The notes under the pieces: model-generated
Database searches by the model: none
The model's input: only the letters and a program-made list of their open reading frames with translations
Told to the model about the DNA's origin: nothing
Source: Balanoglossus misakiensis
Taxonomy: Eukaryota > Animalia > Hemichordata
Assembly: GCA_040954595.2 (NCBI GenBank)
Contig: CM082595.2
Location: forward strand, 581,690-645,689
Reading direction: 5' to 3'
Length of the DNA stretch: 64,000 bases
Shown here: one piece after another, positions 14,001 through 24,821 of the stretch
Layout: each line of letters opens with the position of its first letter
How positions within the stretch are numbered: position 1 is the stretch's first letter
Program-made: the position numbers and the translations under genes

Positions 14001-17000
14001 ATCAGAGAAGGCTTCGTTGAAATGAGGTAAGTGTGGAAGTTTAGTGAAATATCTGTGTTGGTTGAGAGTGCGAGTGTCACACATCTGGTAGGCATTAATA
14101 TGACTTCATAGATATACCAAAGGGAACCCTTTACCTGTGTAATGTCCTTAATGAAAACACTGCTACATTGGAATCATTGTGATCTGTTTCAGATATGATT
14201 TGGGTTCCGGAGTGGCAGTTCTGAAGAGCACCGTCCCGATCGTTCCAAACCAGTGGCACAGAGTGAGAGCTTCAAGAACCAAACGGGATGGAGAACTGAG
14301 TGTGGATGATGAAACTGATGTCACCGGTTTCAGTCCACCCAAGCTAAGTGGTTTGAATGTGGAACAAGATCTCTTCATAGGTAGCGCTCCAGAAGCAACA
14401 GATGAGTAAGTCTATAGGCTTCTTTCATGACCCCTGTTTGACCTTAGATCCTTGTACATAGATTTGACTGTACATGACTTTTATCAAATGTTTCTTGTTT
14501 CAGAATATTTGACAGAGTTGGTGTAAATGGGGGCTTCAGTGGTTGTTTGAAGGCACTGCGTATCAACGGCATCAGCTACAACTTGAACTACCCTGGACCA
14601 GATGTGTTGTACGGCCGACAGCTTGGTGAATGCGGCGAGAATCCCTGTAACACAACACCATGCAAGAATGGAGCCAATTGTATCGCATCTGATGCTGAAA
14701 CATTCAAGTGTATTTGTGTTGATCCTTACCATGGTGAGTCCTATTGCAGTTAAGGAAACTATTTACATCGCTGTACACCCAAGATTGCATCTCGATTCCT
14801 ACCTAAGACTTGCCTTTTTGTTGATGTTTACTATCAAACAGAAAAATTAACAAAATATCCTATGTAGACTTTTGGTAGCAAAACATGCAAACAAATCTGA
14901 AATCCTGTATTTTTGTCTTTTGAACCATTGTATGAACACACCCCAAATCCTGTATTTTGTCTTACTGATTCTCTGTGCCCATTGAGTGAACTAATCTGAA
15001 ATACATGTCATCTTCTTCGATCTATAGGACCACTGTGTGCTGATGTGTTTGCTGATCCGTGTGACGGTCACATGTGTGCTGAAGGATCCACGTGCAAAGG
15101 ACTTGTAGAGGGTGGATATATGTGCATGTGTCCCTTGGGGAAGAAAGGAGAAATGTGTGATAAAGGTAAGATATTTCAATTTAAAGGGGTAATTTTCAAT
15201 CCCTGGTTCTTGCAGTAGTTCTTGTAATAGATAAAGCTGATGAAGAAGTATGCTGACAGTTTGTATTTTGTTGTTTTTAACAGACATCCCACCTCCTGTT
15301 GATGAGATCTACATCCCAGAATTCAACGGTGACTCTTTCATTGAACGGCCAGGCCTGAATGGTCAGTTCGGTAAACGAATAGAAATCACCGTTGTATTCC
15401 TCACCAAAGCAGCCAATGGCATGGTGTTTTACAACGGCCAGCTGACTGATGGCAAAGGAGATTTCATTGCCTTGAATCTGATTGATGGATATCTGGAGTT
15501 CCGTTACGATCTGGGCTCTGGTCCTGCAGAACTCAGGTAAGATTGTTCGTTTTCCTCCTAACAGTGTCTCATATTCAGACCGTAAATATACCTGTCCATG
15601 ATAGTATTCCTCGTCTGCCATGAGAAAATGTTGTGAAATATGATTTTTTTTATTGTACCTTACGCAGGAGTGCAGAACGTTTGTCTCTTGAAGAATGGCA
15701 TTCAGTCACGGTGATGAGGAACGAGCGGGATGGAGAAATGGTCATCGATGAGATGCAACCCATCAGTGGACGATCACAGGGCAAATTAGGACAACTTAAT
15801 CTGCAAGAAAACTTTTGGCTTGGTGGCTCGGACGACTACAGTAAATTTGCCAGAAAAGCCGGCATCACTGATGGCTTAGTTGGAGCAATTCAGAAGGTGA
15901 GTTCCTTGATGATCTTCATGCTGTCAAAGCTACAGAGCCGGTGACACTATTTTCTATTTAGAGCACTCCATTCATTACATTCGATGTTACTTTCAGTGTT
16001 TTGTGTGCATGGTCTGTAATGGGTCTAACTATCAATTTTAGGTGGTTGTTGGTGGTCAGGAAATAGAAGACTTGTTGGAGGACGCGATTCGTGGAGTCGA
16101 AATCTTCAACTATGACCTGCATGTGTGCAACAATAAACCATGTCAAAATAACGGCACATGCAAGCCAGACAAGGAGATGTTTATGTGCAAGTGTAAAGAA
16201 GGATATGTTGGAAGCACTTGTGAACAAGGTGAGAGATTGGTGTATGTCAGAATTATGTGAGAAGAATGATGAATATACTTGATCAGTGACGAAGCAAGTT
16301 CATGACAAAATGTACTGTCAACGGACAAACCATCCATACATGGATGCATATATTTATTGCCTAGTAGTACATTTGAAAAGGTTTTCTTTTTATTCTCAGT
16401 GGAGATAGTAATGACAGAGCCTGCACCTCCAGAAATCAACTATGATGCACCGGTCAGGTTCGAAGGAAAGAGTTTCTTCAGCTATCCAAATGCTGTCAGA
16501 ACAGAGTAAGTATGAAATCTCTTCAATATTGATGTTCTTAGATTTCACCTCTTCCTAGAAAGTTCTTGAACTGCTCCTAAGAAATCCTTGAATGGCTAGG
16601 AATTTCAAACTGCTCTTGGAAATGTCCTTGAAAGTCCGGGAATTTTCGACCACTCCCGAAAAGTCCTGAACTCTGCGAAAGTTCCTTGCAAGTTCTTGGG
16701 AGTGGTACTGTTGATCTGGCAGACTTTGAAGATACTGCATATTCCCTGTATAAACAAAAACATCGCTTTACTGTTTTGAATTTTTCAGAAATGGATTTGC
16801 CATGTGTCTCCGGAATTCATAACCTTTATTTTGATTACAATTCTGTGTTTATCAATTGCAGGCAGAGACAACAACGGAAAAACAACTTCGAGGTCACCTT
16901 CCGTACATCGGAAAAGGACGGCACAATTCTGTGGAATGGTGTGTCACCCGGCAAGTCTGGTGACTTCATAGCCATCGCCATAACCGGTGGCAAAGTGGAG

Positions 17001-17896
17001 TATTCTTTCAATCTGGGTTCTGGTCCCATCAGTGTTATGACAGAAGAGACATTTAATGACAATGAATGGCATACTGCTGTAGTTACAAGGTGAGACCTTA
17101 GGTCTTTGTTGAGAATTTAATATCCCCGGGGATTTGAGTTGTCGGTATAAATTAAGATGCTGACAGTCCTTGTGTACATCAAACCCAAGGGGACTGAATA
17201 ATAACATTCCATATTTCCCAAATGGGCTGAAATGGAATGCAGGTCAAGTGAAGTGTGGTGCCATGTCATGCCCCAGATCTGGGCATGACATTTCAAGTTT
17301 GAACCATTAACATGTGTTGCAACCTGTTGACAAGACAATTGGCCAGTCACCCGAATAAGATCGGCACTTAAAATAACACGGGCAATACTTTCTGTGGTAG
17401 GTATTAGACATTGCCACAGATATGTACCTCTAAATTTTAGTCACTTAAGAACTTGTCCATTCTCACAATCGGTGTTGTCGACATTATTATTGTAGAAATC
17501 TTCGTGATGGTACGTTAGAAGTAGATGGCGGTGAAGCCATTACAGGGCAGACCAAACGTGGAACAACTCAGTTGGATATCTCAGGAACTTTGTATGTTGG
17601 TAAGTACACTTTAATTATCTGGATGTGTGTTGTCTGCTTTGCTTCCAAAACTAACGTCTATCCACTATGCACCTTAACAAGTAATCTAGCCAGAGAAAAT
17701 ATAAAATGCAATGATCTGACCAATGTAACTTTCCAATATTTCAGGTGGAGCAATGCATAATCAACCAGGGGTGTCAGCAGGATTTCAAACTGGTTTTATT
17801 GGTTGCGTGAAAGATGTGAAAATTGGTGGAGAAGCTCTCCATTTATACTACGATGCCAAGGACCTTCAACCAGATGCATTCTGTCCCTTTGAGTAG
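2063..17896 (+). CDS. AGRN: Agrin (heparan-sulfate proteoglycan), 5'-partial, multi-exon
   Basis: Frame-consistent GT-AG exons. Linker 2063-2098 ([12 protein letters not shown]). Kazal/FS 3553-3762, 7060-7287, 7381-7602, 7895-8101, 8214-8441, 9188-9397, 10032-10232, 10356-10622. Cys modules 10844-10981, 11110-11202. Laminin-EGF 11315-11476, 11999-12142 ([20 protein letters not shown], agrin-typical). FS9 12309-12548, then 12987-13097. EGF 13372-13494. LG1 13828-14026, 14193-14405, 14504-14733. EGF 15028-15165. LG2 15284-15536, 15668-15896, 16042-16228. LG3 16400-16505, 16862-17089, 17496-17599, 17745-17896 (stop TAG). The FS8-LE2-FS-EGF/LG order is diagnostic of agrin. NtA exons lie upstream of the window. 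Confidence 0.95.
6941..6989. repeat. (CT)n/(CCCT)n low-complexity microsatellite
   Basis: cccctctctctctctttctctccctccctccctccctccttccttccct. Confidence 0.85.
7749..7841 (+). mobile_element. ~92-bp piggyBac-type MITE copy
   Basis: TTAA-CCCTTTCACC...GGTGCAAGGG-CTAA termini; the internal sequence is shared with 7 other copies in the window. Confidence 0.75.
9718..9809 (-). mobile_element. ~92-bp piggyBac-type MITE copy
   Basis: TTGA-CCCTTTCACC...GATGAAAGGG-TTAA; reverse orientation relative to the 7749 copy. Confidence 0.75.
12620..12705. repeat. Degenerate interspersed repeat with CCTTGAAAGTCC(T/G)GGAATTT subrepeats
   Basis: The same motif recurs at 16560-16700. Boundaries are approximate. 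Confidence 0.5.
16555..16700. repeat. Degenerate interspersed repeat with (G/C)TCCTTGAA subrepeats, inside the agrin z-site intron
   Basis: aatgtccttgaaagtccgggaatttt matches aaatccttgaaagtcctggaatttg at ~12645. Confidence 0.5.
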
Positions 17897-19768
17897 AACA
17901 TTAGAAATCATTGTTGTCACAAATGCCACGGTATTTCATTTGCTTCCACAGGTTTTATTCATCAGTATTCAAAAAAGGATTCAGGTCAGAGCCAGTGCAT
18001 CACTACAGGAAGGTACACAATGATTCGGGTTACAATCAATACAGGAAAATACACAGTGCATTCAACTTTGCCTGTGTGTAATGGTTGCATGCAAACAGAC
18101 CAAATCGAAAAAAAACCCGAAACAATATTGATATTTACCTGAAACCCCAACAACCTCAAACCTGATCACTTTGTAACTTCATTTTGCTAACATAGTATTT
18201 CTTAACATATTATATATATATTATATTATCATTCTTATGTAAATATTAAGTTGACTGGTCGTAAGTTATGCCTCTTTTATTTTAGTAGAACTTTTTTTGG
18301 TTTTCCTGCTTAGCGTATGCAGTGTTTGTGGAAGGTTTTTCAGTTAGTGTGTTGGAAGTTTGTCATGTTTCTGGTTTTTTTTAACAACTTTCTACAGTGA
18401 CCAGTAAAAGTTGTAATGGTATTACCCCATACTGACATCAAGACACTTCTGTCAGCGCGGAAGTTAATTTAGTCGGATTTAGCCGGGGTTCTCAAAGTAT
18501 TTACCTGGCGTCTGCATCATAATGCAAGTGAAATTCTTACGTCAGAACACCCCTATTTCCCAGTGTGTGGGTCCACTCATGTCTGTTGACAACAATAGGG
18601 TCAAACCATGATGTAGTAGTTGTGGAGAGGTCTGAGGGTGCGAGTTGTCTTGAAAATATTTCCTGTATCAGACTAGTTCTAACCCTGTGGTAAATATGAG
18701 CCTAGCTGAAGTATTTGTTAAACTTCATGGTCGGATCATCAGTGGTGATATTTTAATTGACAAACAACAAAATCAATGAAGATTGAATGTGACCAATGTT
18801 TTTAAGAGGATTTTCCATCTCTCACTCTAGTTTACTTGTCTGTTGACGTCTGTAATGTGCCTAACTGTCATATTTACAATTTAGAATAGAGTGTTTAATC
18901 TGAAATAATATCATTTAGATTTCCTTTCCTGTATGGTCTTGGCGTTATGGAAAGCCTTAGAAGGATTTCTTGGTGCACGTCAGCCATTTAATTGTGACGA
19001 GTAATTTTTCACATTTGATTTTGATATCAAATGATCTCATGACTTGAACAAGTGTATCAGAAATATTTGAAATATTTATTCACCGTTACAGACAATAATT
19101 TCAACTTGAACTTGCATGTCAACTTTTCCTGAGTTGCATATAATGCCAAGTTCCTATTATAAGCAAATGTTGAACTCTAAGAACTCAATCTCTATACATG
19201 AATCTAAATTTCTTTTATAGTCACTAAACATGCAACAAAAATAGCTAAATAAAAAAATATATAGAAAATAGTTACCTCATTCTATTAACAAATATATAAA
19301 TGTATTCGTATTCATTGGTCACAAGTAGGAAATAATGAATGAACATTGTAATACAGGTGTTCTCAATTATGCAATAATATGTAAATGATAATCCATTGTA
19401 CTTACTTGGTAAAAGCAACTAATTTCTATGCAAATTAATGCATACATTATGTAATGAGCCTTGTGAATTTTAGTCAATCATGTATCTTTTTTATTTTGCA
19501 TAACTTCCCATCATATGACTGTTATTTGTAATATTCTGAAGACATTGAGCTTATATATATTGAATGTTACCAATTATGATTACTGCTTTTCTGTTTAGTA
19601 TTTGTACTTTTGTATTTATCCAGTGACATTATGAACTAATAATATAATGGCCATGTGGTTGTTATTCGTCTTTGTGCCAAAGGTGTGTGGCAAAGTTGCA
19701 AGACCTGTACATGTTAGCATGTTTGTCTATGATCGTGAAGGTAGTGAAACTATTGTTTATAACAGAAA

Positions 19769-19886
19769 TTGACCCTTTCATCCCCGAGTTCCATATAATG
19801 GGTGCAACCATACCATTGAAAACAGTAGTAGCCTCACCATTGCAAACAATAGGGTTGGACCAGTGTGTAGTTTGAAAGGGGGTTAA
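19769..19886 (-). mobile_element. Diverged piggyBac-type MITE copy with internal duplication, in the putative agrin 3'UTR
   Basis: TTGACCCTTTCA...TGAAAGGGGGTTAA; the ACCATTG(A/C)AAACA segment is duplicated. Confidence 0.6.
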
Positions 19887-20758
19887 GTCAAGGATAATGT
19901 TGTTTTAAGGTCTGAATTTTAGAGATGATATTCGTAGATTTACACCAAAGCCATAAAAAATGCCAAATGTTTTGTTAGCTTATACTGTCATATATTAACT
20001 ATATATTTCCTGGGGCATGGCAGCCTTTTTTAAAATCCTTTCAATTCAATTGTAATTGCCTATGCATTTTATGTTAATATACCTATGAATTATGCTTAAT
20101 ATATGACTGTAGATATTAGCCAAACGGGGAAGAAATCTTTGGTGAGTTACATATAGCGACAAAAAATGTAATCACTTAAATATTGATATTGTTTAGAAAT
20201 CCCTTACTTCAGTGTGCATGGCTCCTGTTACAAAATTTTGCCATCCACAGATTTTCAATTTACCACAAAAAAGACCTATGCCAAGTTTGTCTTTTTGCTG
20301 TCAAAATCACACAGCATATTTCGGCTTTTACAGACGAAAAGTTGCCAATTTTCCCCTGGAAGAGTTGGAATCATCAGACATTTACAAACAATTGACTATC
20401 AATGTCCATTGGAACAACTGACCGGATGTGTGCACTTTTTATTTTCTTGAGAGATTCCGTAAATGCTAGAAGACCAATGGGAAGACCGAGTCATCCCCTT
20501 TTTGACTGTCATGTTATTTTACTAACAATCAAGAATGACATGTATTTAGACTTGTGCTATTTTATGTTAAATTTTGCCAATATTACAATACAGGAATTTG
20601 AAATTCCTAGTCATGTATTTTTAAAACCAAAACCTGTTGAATCATGCATCTTTTCCCCAATTTTTAATGAAGTGGTGTATTTTTAAGGAGAAAATCTGGT
20701 GTTGTTTCAAGTGCATTTTACGATATTTTTGTTATTAATTTTGTAACTAAACTACCAC

Positions 20759-20764
20759 AATAAA
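20759..20764 (+). promoter_or_regulatory. Candidate agrin polyadenylation signal (implies a ~2.9 kb 3'UTR)
   Basis: AATAAA followed by a GT-rich tract (gtgttgttgttttc) about 30 nt downstream, just before the convergent gene's 3' end. Confidence 0.5.
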
Positions 20765-21096
20765 ACCTACCCATTACATTCCTTTATATAGCCGTGTTGT
20801 TGTTTTCAATTCTCAACACGGGAACAAGGGATGCACACAGAATATATATTTGCATTAATCCATTATTTTATTTCATTAAATTTGCTGATATATTATTATA
20901 CATAACTTCAAAATCTTGTATTCCGCAATGAAATCTTTCTTCTTATTAGATTTATCACAATATACCAAATGAAGCGTAGCCTTGTTTTGGAGAGTAATTG
21001 AGACACCCACTCAAAAATGTCCATGTAAAATGATCAAGTTCTTTACATGGTATTAGCCTGTCAGCCTTAATGGCAGTGATTGTAACTGTAATGTGA

Positions 21097-21190
21097 CTAA
21101 CTCTTTTCACCCCTAGTTCTCTCTATACAGGTCCAAATTTACCACAGAAAACAATGGATTTGGACCAAACCATGGTAGTGAAAGAGTTAA
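21097..21190 (-). mobile_element. piggyBac-type MITE copy immediately 3' of the WD40 gene stop codon
   Basis: CTAA-CTCTTTTCACC...GTGAAAGAG-TTAA; the internal sequence matches the family. Confidence 0.7.
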
Positions 21191-21201
21191 TGTCCAGCAA
21201 C

Positions 21202-24200
21202 TTAGATGATGGCACACCAAGACATCCATCCTCTGTTAGACTGGCTGTCTTGACTTGATGTACTTGGAAACCGTTGCCGGGTTTGTATTCTATCTTCGTT
21301 GTCATCGTCCGTCAAATCTTGGTCACTTTCATTGTCGGAGTCTTCAGCTTTGATGGTGTACGACCAGTTGAAGTCCACACCTACAGAATTTGGATTTCTG
21401 CAAAACAAAAGTTTTTAGTAATTAGCAGAATTGTCGTGGGTGCTGCTAATATTCTGAGCATGATGCAAAATCCAAAATGGCGGCTGACAAGAAAGATTGC
21501 ATACTGAACTGAATTCTGATACAAGTGTTATCTAGTGACTGACCTTGACGATGATTTGGTTTGATCCCACACCTTGATTTCATCACCAACACTGACAATT
21601 CTCTGCGAATCTTGTCTTGTCTTGGTGCATGCTGTAGCGAATATTTTGTTTGTTTTCTGGTCGTTTAAGGTTCCAAGGTAATGCTCGCCTGGTATGGACC
21701 ACACTGAAGAAAGAAAACAATTGCTTTATAGGTACATATACACATGTAACATGTCTGGGGTTCTGGAGTGTCAAAGATAGTTTCAAGGACATTTCAAATT
21801 CAATTTTGTTTTGTTCTGATGAATGTTGATAAATCCTAACTTGCTGTAACTTCTTCACAGGAATTTTAACCAAATGGTTGAGTACATACATTGCTGAAAT
21901 ATTCTAAGGGTATGACACATAGATACCTACCATTGAGGTAACCCAAGCCATGATCTAAATTGTATCCAGACGACACCATGATACCATTGCCAATACACAC
22001 TGCATCAGTGCTTCCAAACTCACACAGGTGGTTCCTTAATTTATGTAAATTTGCTGAAAATAGAAAGACGGTTGTCAACTTTCAAAGTGATTTATTTCCA
22101 GTTTCATTTCATGCCATAGGAAACATTGGTTTTGGACCAAACCATGATGGTGAAAGGGTTAAATCATACCTGTTTTCCAGTGTAATACTTTGATGTTGAC
22201 GCCATTGTCGCCGTAATAAATCATGTCTTGGAAAGTGGCAAGGCAGTGAATCTTTCTGAGTGTAATGAGTTGACTGCTAGAAGATTTGATGTCATCCGAT
22301 ACGAATAACAAAGAGAGTTGTTGGTTTCTGGTTGTCCATACTTTAATAGTGCCAGCCTCAAAACCTGTCACAATATACTGAGTATCTTCATTTGTCTTGT
22401 ATACCTGCAAAGAAAATGATACAAATTCTTATATATTCAATTCAAAGAGGCAGCATTTACGTAAAATTATGATTACTGTTTATCAATTTGAAATCATGTA
22501 CCTTCATATCTGTGACAGCACCATCGTCGGAGATCACGGAGTGTAAACTTTCACCTTTGACCATATCCCATAATTCCAATTTACCACCATCTACAGATAT
22601 AAGGCAAACAAGCATATTACCAAACATTTATCTTTTCACAGAATACAAAGACTTACATTGGTATTTAAACTGGGTTCTAGGACAGTTCCCCCCTGGAAAT
22701 TTACCCACATGACACTCACTCTAACCGTATCCCTGTTCATATCCCTGACTGTTGCAGAGGAAATGTACAGGGGGAAACTGTCTTGATACCTTCAGTGGCT
22801 AGACTGAACTAAACATCATACCTGATCCAGTCACAACAGAGACATCATCAGGAAGATAAACAAGGCACTGTAATGGGTTGTAGGCATAGAAAGACTTCAG
22901 TAAATGGCCTTCTGTGATGTTCCATACTTTCAATGAACAGTCCAAGGAACCACTGACAGCAATTCTGCTGTTTTCATCATCTTCTAGGTCTTCAGTCAGT
23001 ATATCTACTGAATTACAAGAAAAACAACATCATGGTCACAAAACAACCTATTTTGTGGCGCTTGTGAAGATGGCAATGAGTTCGTGGAGGGCAACTGAAA
23101 ACAGATACACACATTTGACGTTTGACTTACCGACTCTTTGACTCTCTGCTTTGCTCAACAATCTGATTGTCGTAACTGTAGCAGTGTGTCCACCAAGACT
23201 ACACAGCTCTACACCAGTGTCTCCATCCCATACCTTGACTGTTGTGTCTCGACTGAAATTAACAACAAACTATGCTGATTGAGGTTAGATTGTAGGCAGA
23301 GGAAAAACAGCATTACATGTAGTTGGAAATGATATCTGATGACCTTTGTAACCACAGTTTTGATTGGATAATACGACCACTTTACCTTCCAGTGACAATC
23401 AAGACTTCATCACAATCCACACAACAGATGATGTCATTGTGACCTTCCAACGTGCGTACCACAAACTGACTACTTCTCCAGTAGTTCTGAGTCTCCATCA
23501 TCGAAGTCAACGAACTTTGTCTTTTGGTTTTCTTTTCTGTGTGAAAATTAATTGTAGATGTGAAAGGAAATCCTTTTCTACTGGAGATTAAAATTAACTG
23601 ACAGTCCTGTGCACAACAAAGATGTTTTCAAAAGCTTCACACATACCAACTTTAAAGACATCAAACTTCATACCTTTGGTAGTCTGTGGTGCTTTCTGCT
23701 GGGAACTTTTCTGGTCTGTTCTTGCAATCTTTGCAGGAATCGTTTCATCATCATCGTCATCTTGCCTTCTTTCATCTGAAACATCAACTTCTCTTTCTGT
23801 TTTCTTAATATCTCTTTTCATTGTATCATCATCATCAGCAGCACTGGTGTTGTCTGCTGTTGATGATCCTTCTGCTGTTTGGGCAATACTTTCTTGGCTT
23901 TGTTTCTGATCATCTTCTTCGTGTGCTGGCCTTGGAGGGGATACTGTGATTTGACTCAACAGATCCTGTAGTGTATTTCTTAGATTGGATTTCTTAACGA
24001 CCTGTAAGAGACATCACATAATTTTGCTGGTCAATATTATCATTTAAAAGTTTTGTATATAATTATGACTGGCAATTATCTTAGTTTCAGTACACTTTTT
24101 TGCTGTCACAGGTCTTGAGGGAACAAAAATTGACAGTATGTCAACTGTGATTATGTCCCAAGTGCAGTTACCATGGTGATATGATCAGATGCATCTCCAC

Positions 24201-24563
24201 TTGACTTGGGACATTCAATGAAGGTGTGAATCAGGCTTTGATCACATACACAATCAAGGGCCACCAACAACTACTTCAGGGAATACACTTTCATTTCTTT
24301 ATTAGTCTTTATTGTATAACTTCTTTGCAATCTACATGTACAATGCATGTACATCTATTGACCAAGGGCAGCTGGGCTGCAGATCCCTTGATTTAAACGT
24401 CAAACGTGCCACTATTGTCTATGCTTTAAAGTATTTGTAAAGCACATACTTTGCTTATTTCTTCGTCATTTAAGGGTCTCTCAAGTCGTTCCAGATTTTC
24501 GATTTGACGAAGTTTTTTGCGGAGTTTTCGGATGTCACTCTCTAGCTCTATGGAAGTCGCCAT
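21202..24563 (-). CDS. Uncharacterised WD40-repeat protein with N-terminal eIF2A/PYM-like helix and C-terminal CaaX box
   Basis: 10 frame-consistent exons: 24563-24450, 24001-23674, 23536-23386, 23252-23131, 23007-22822, 22590-22502, 22404-22170, 22053-21931, 21703-21544, 21397-21202. WD40 motifs include LEGHNDIICCVD..IVTGSRDTTVKVWD, LGGHTATV, SGSLDCSLKVWN, GSDGGKLELWD, GFEAGTIKVWT and DEIKVWD. Ends SWCAII*. Confidence 0.88.
22075..22162 (-). mobile_element. piggyBac-type MITE copy (left end degenerate) in a WD40 intron
   Basis: ...GGTTTTGGACCAAACCATGATGGTGAAAGGG-TTAA is near-identical to the family terminus. Confidence 0.6.
22673..22790. mobile_element. Short MITE-like element with ~23-bp imperfect terminal inverted repeats
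   Basis: GGTTCTAGGACAGTTCCCCCCTG ... CAGGGGGAAACTGTCTTGATACC. Confidence 0.55.
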
Positions 24564-24821
24564 GTTGAAAACTAAGGCTCATGGGAAGGGATGTGTTTTT
24601 CATTATTTTTCGTGGTGTAGTTAGTATTTGAACGTTTATTTCCATAAGAACCATTTCACCATTCATTTTGGTACAAGTTTGTCACTTGACTATTCAAAAC
24701 TTGTGATAGGATAAAATGACGATATTTTCGAAGCCTACCTGTGAACTTTGACCTCATTGCTCCTTGACACTGAGGTCATACACGGACGACGTCCTTTTCT
24801 TGCACGTGTGGTTGTTTAACC
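24564..24821. promoter_or_regulatory. Putative bidirectional promoter shared by the WD40 gene and POLRMT
   Basis: Only 258 bp separate the divergent ATGs (24563 on -, 24822 on +). Confidence 0.7.

Noticed and set aside
7119-17062. Minus-strand ORFs overlapping agrin exons (likewise antisense ORFs over NSUN5 and KIF1)
   Set aside because: Antisense shadows of real exons, with no independent motifs or splice structure.
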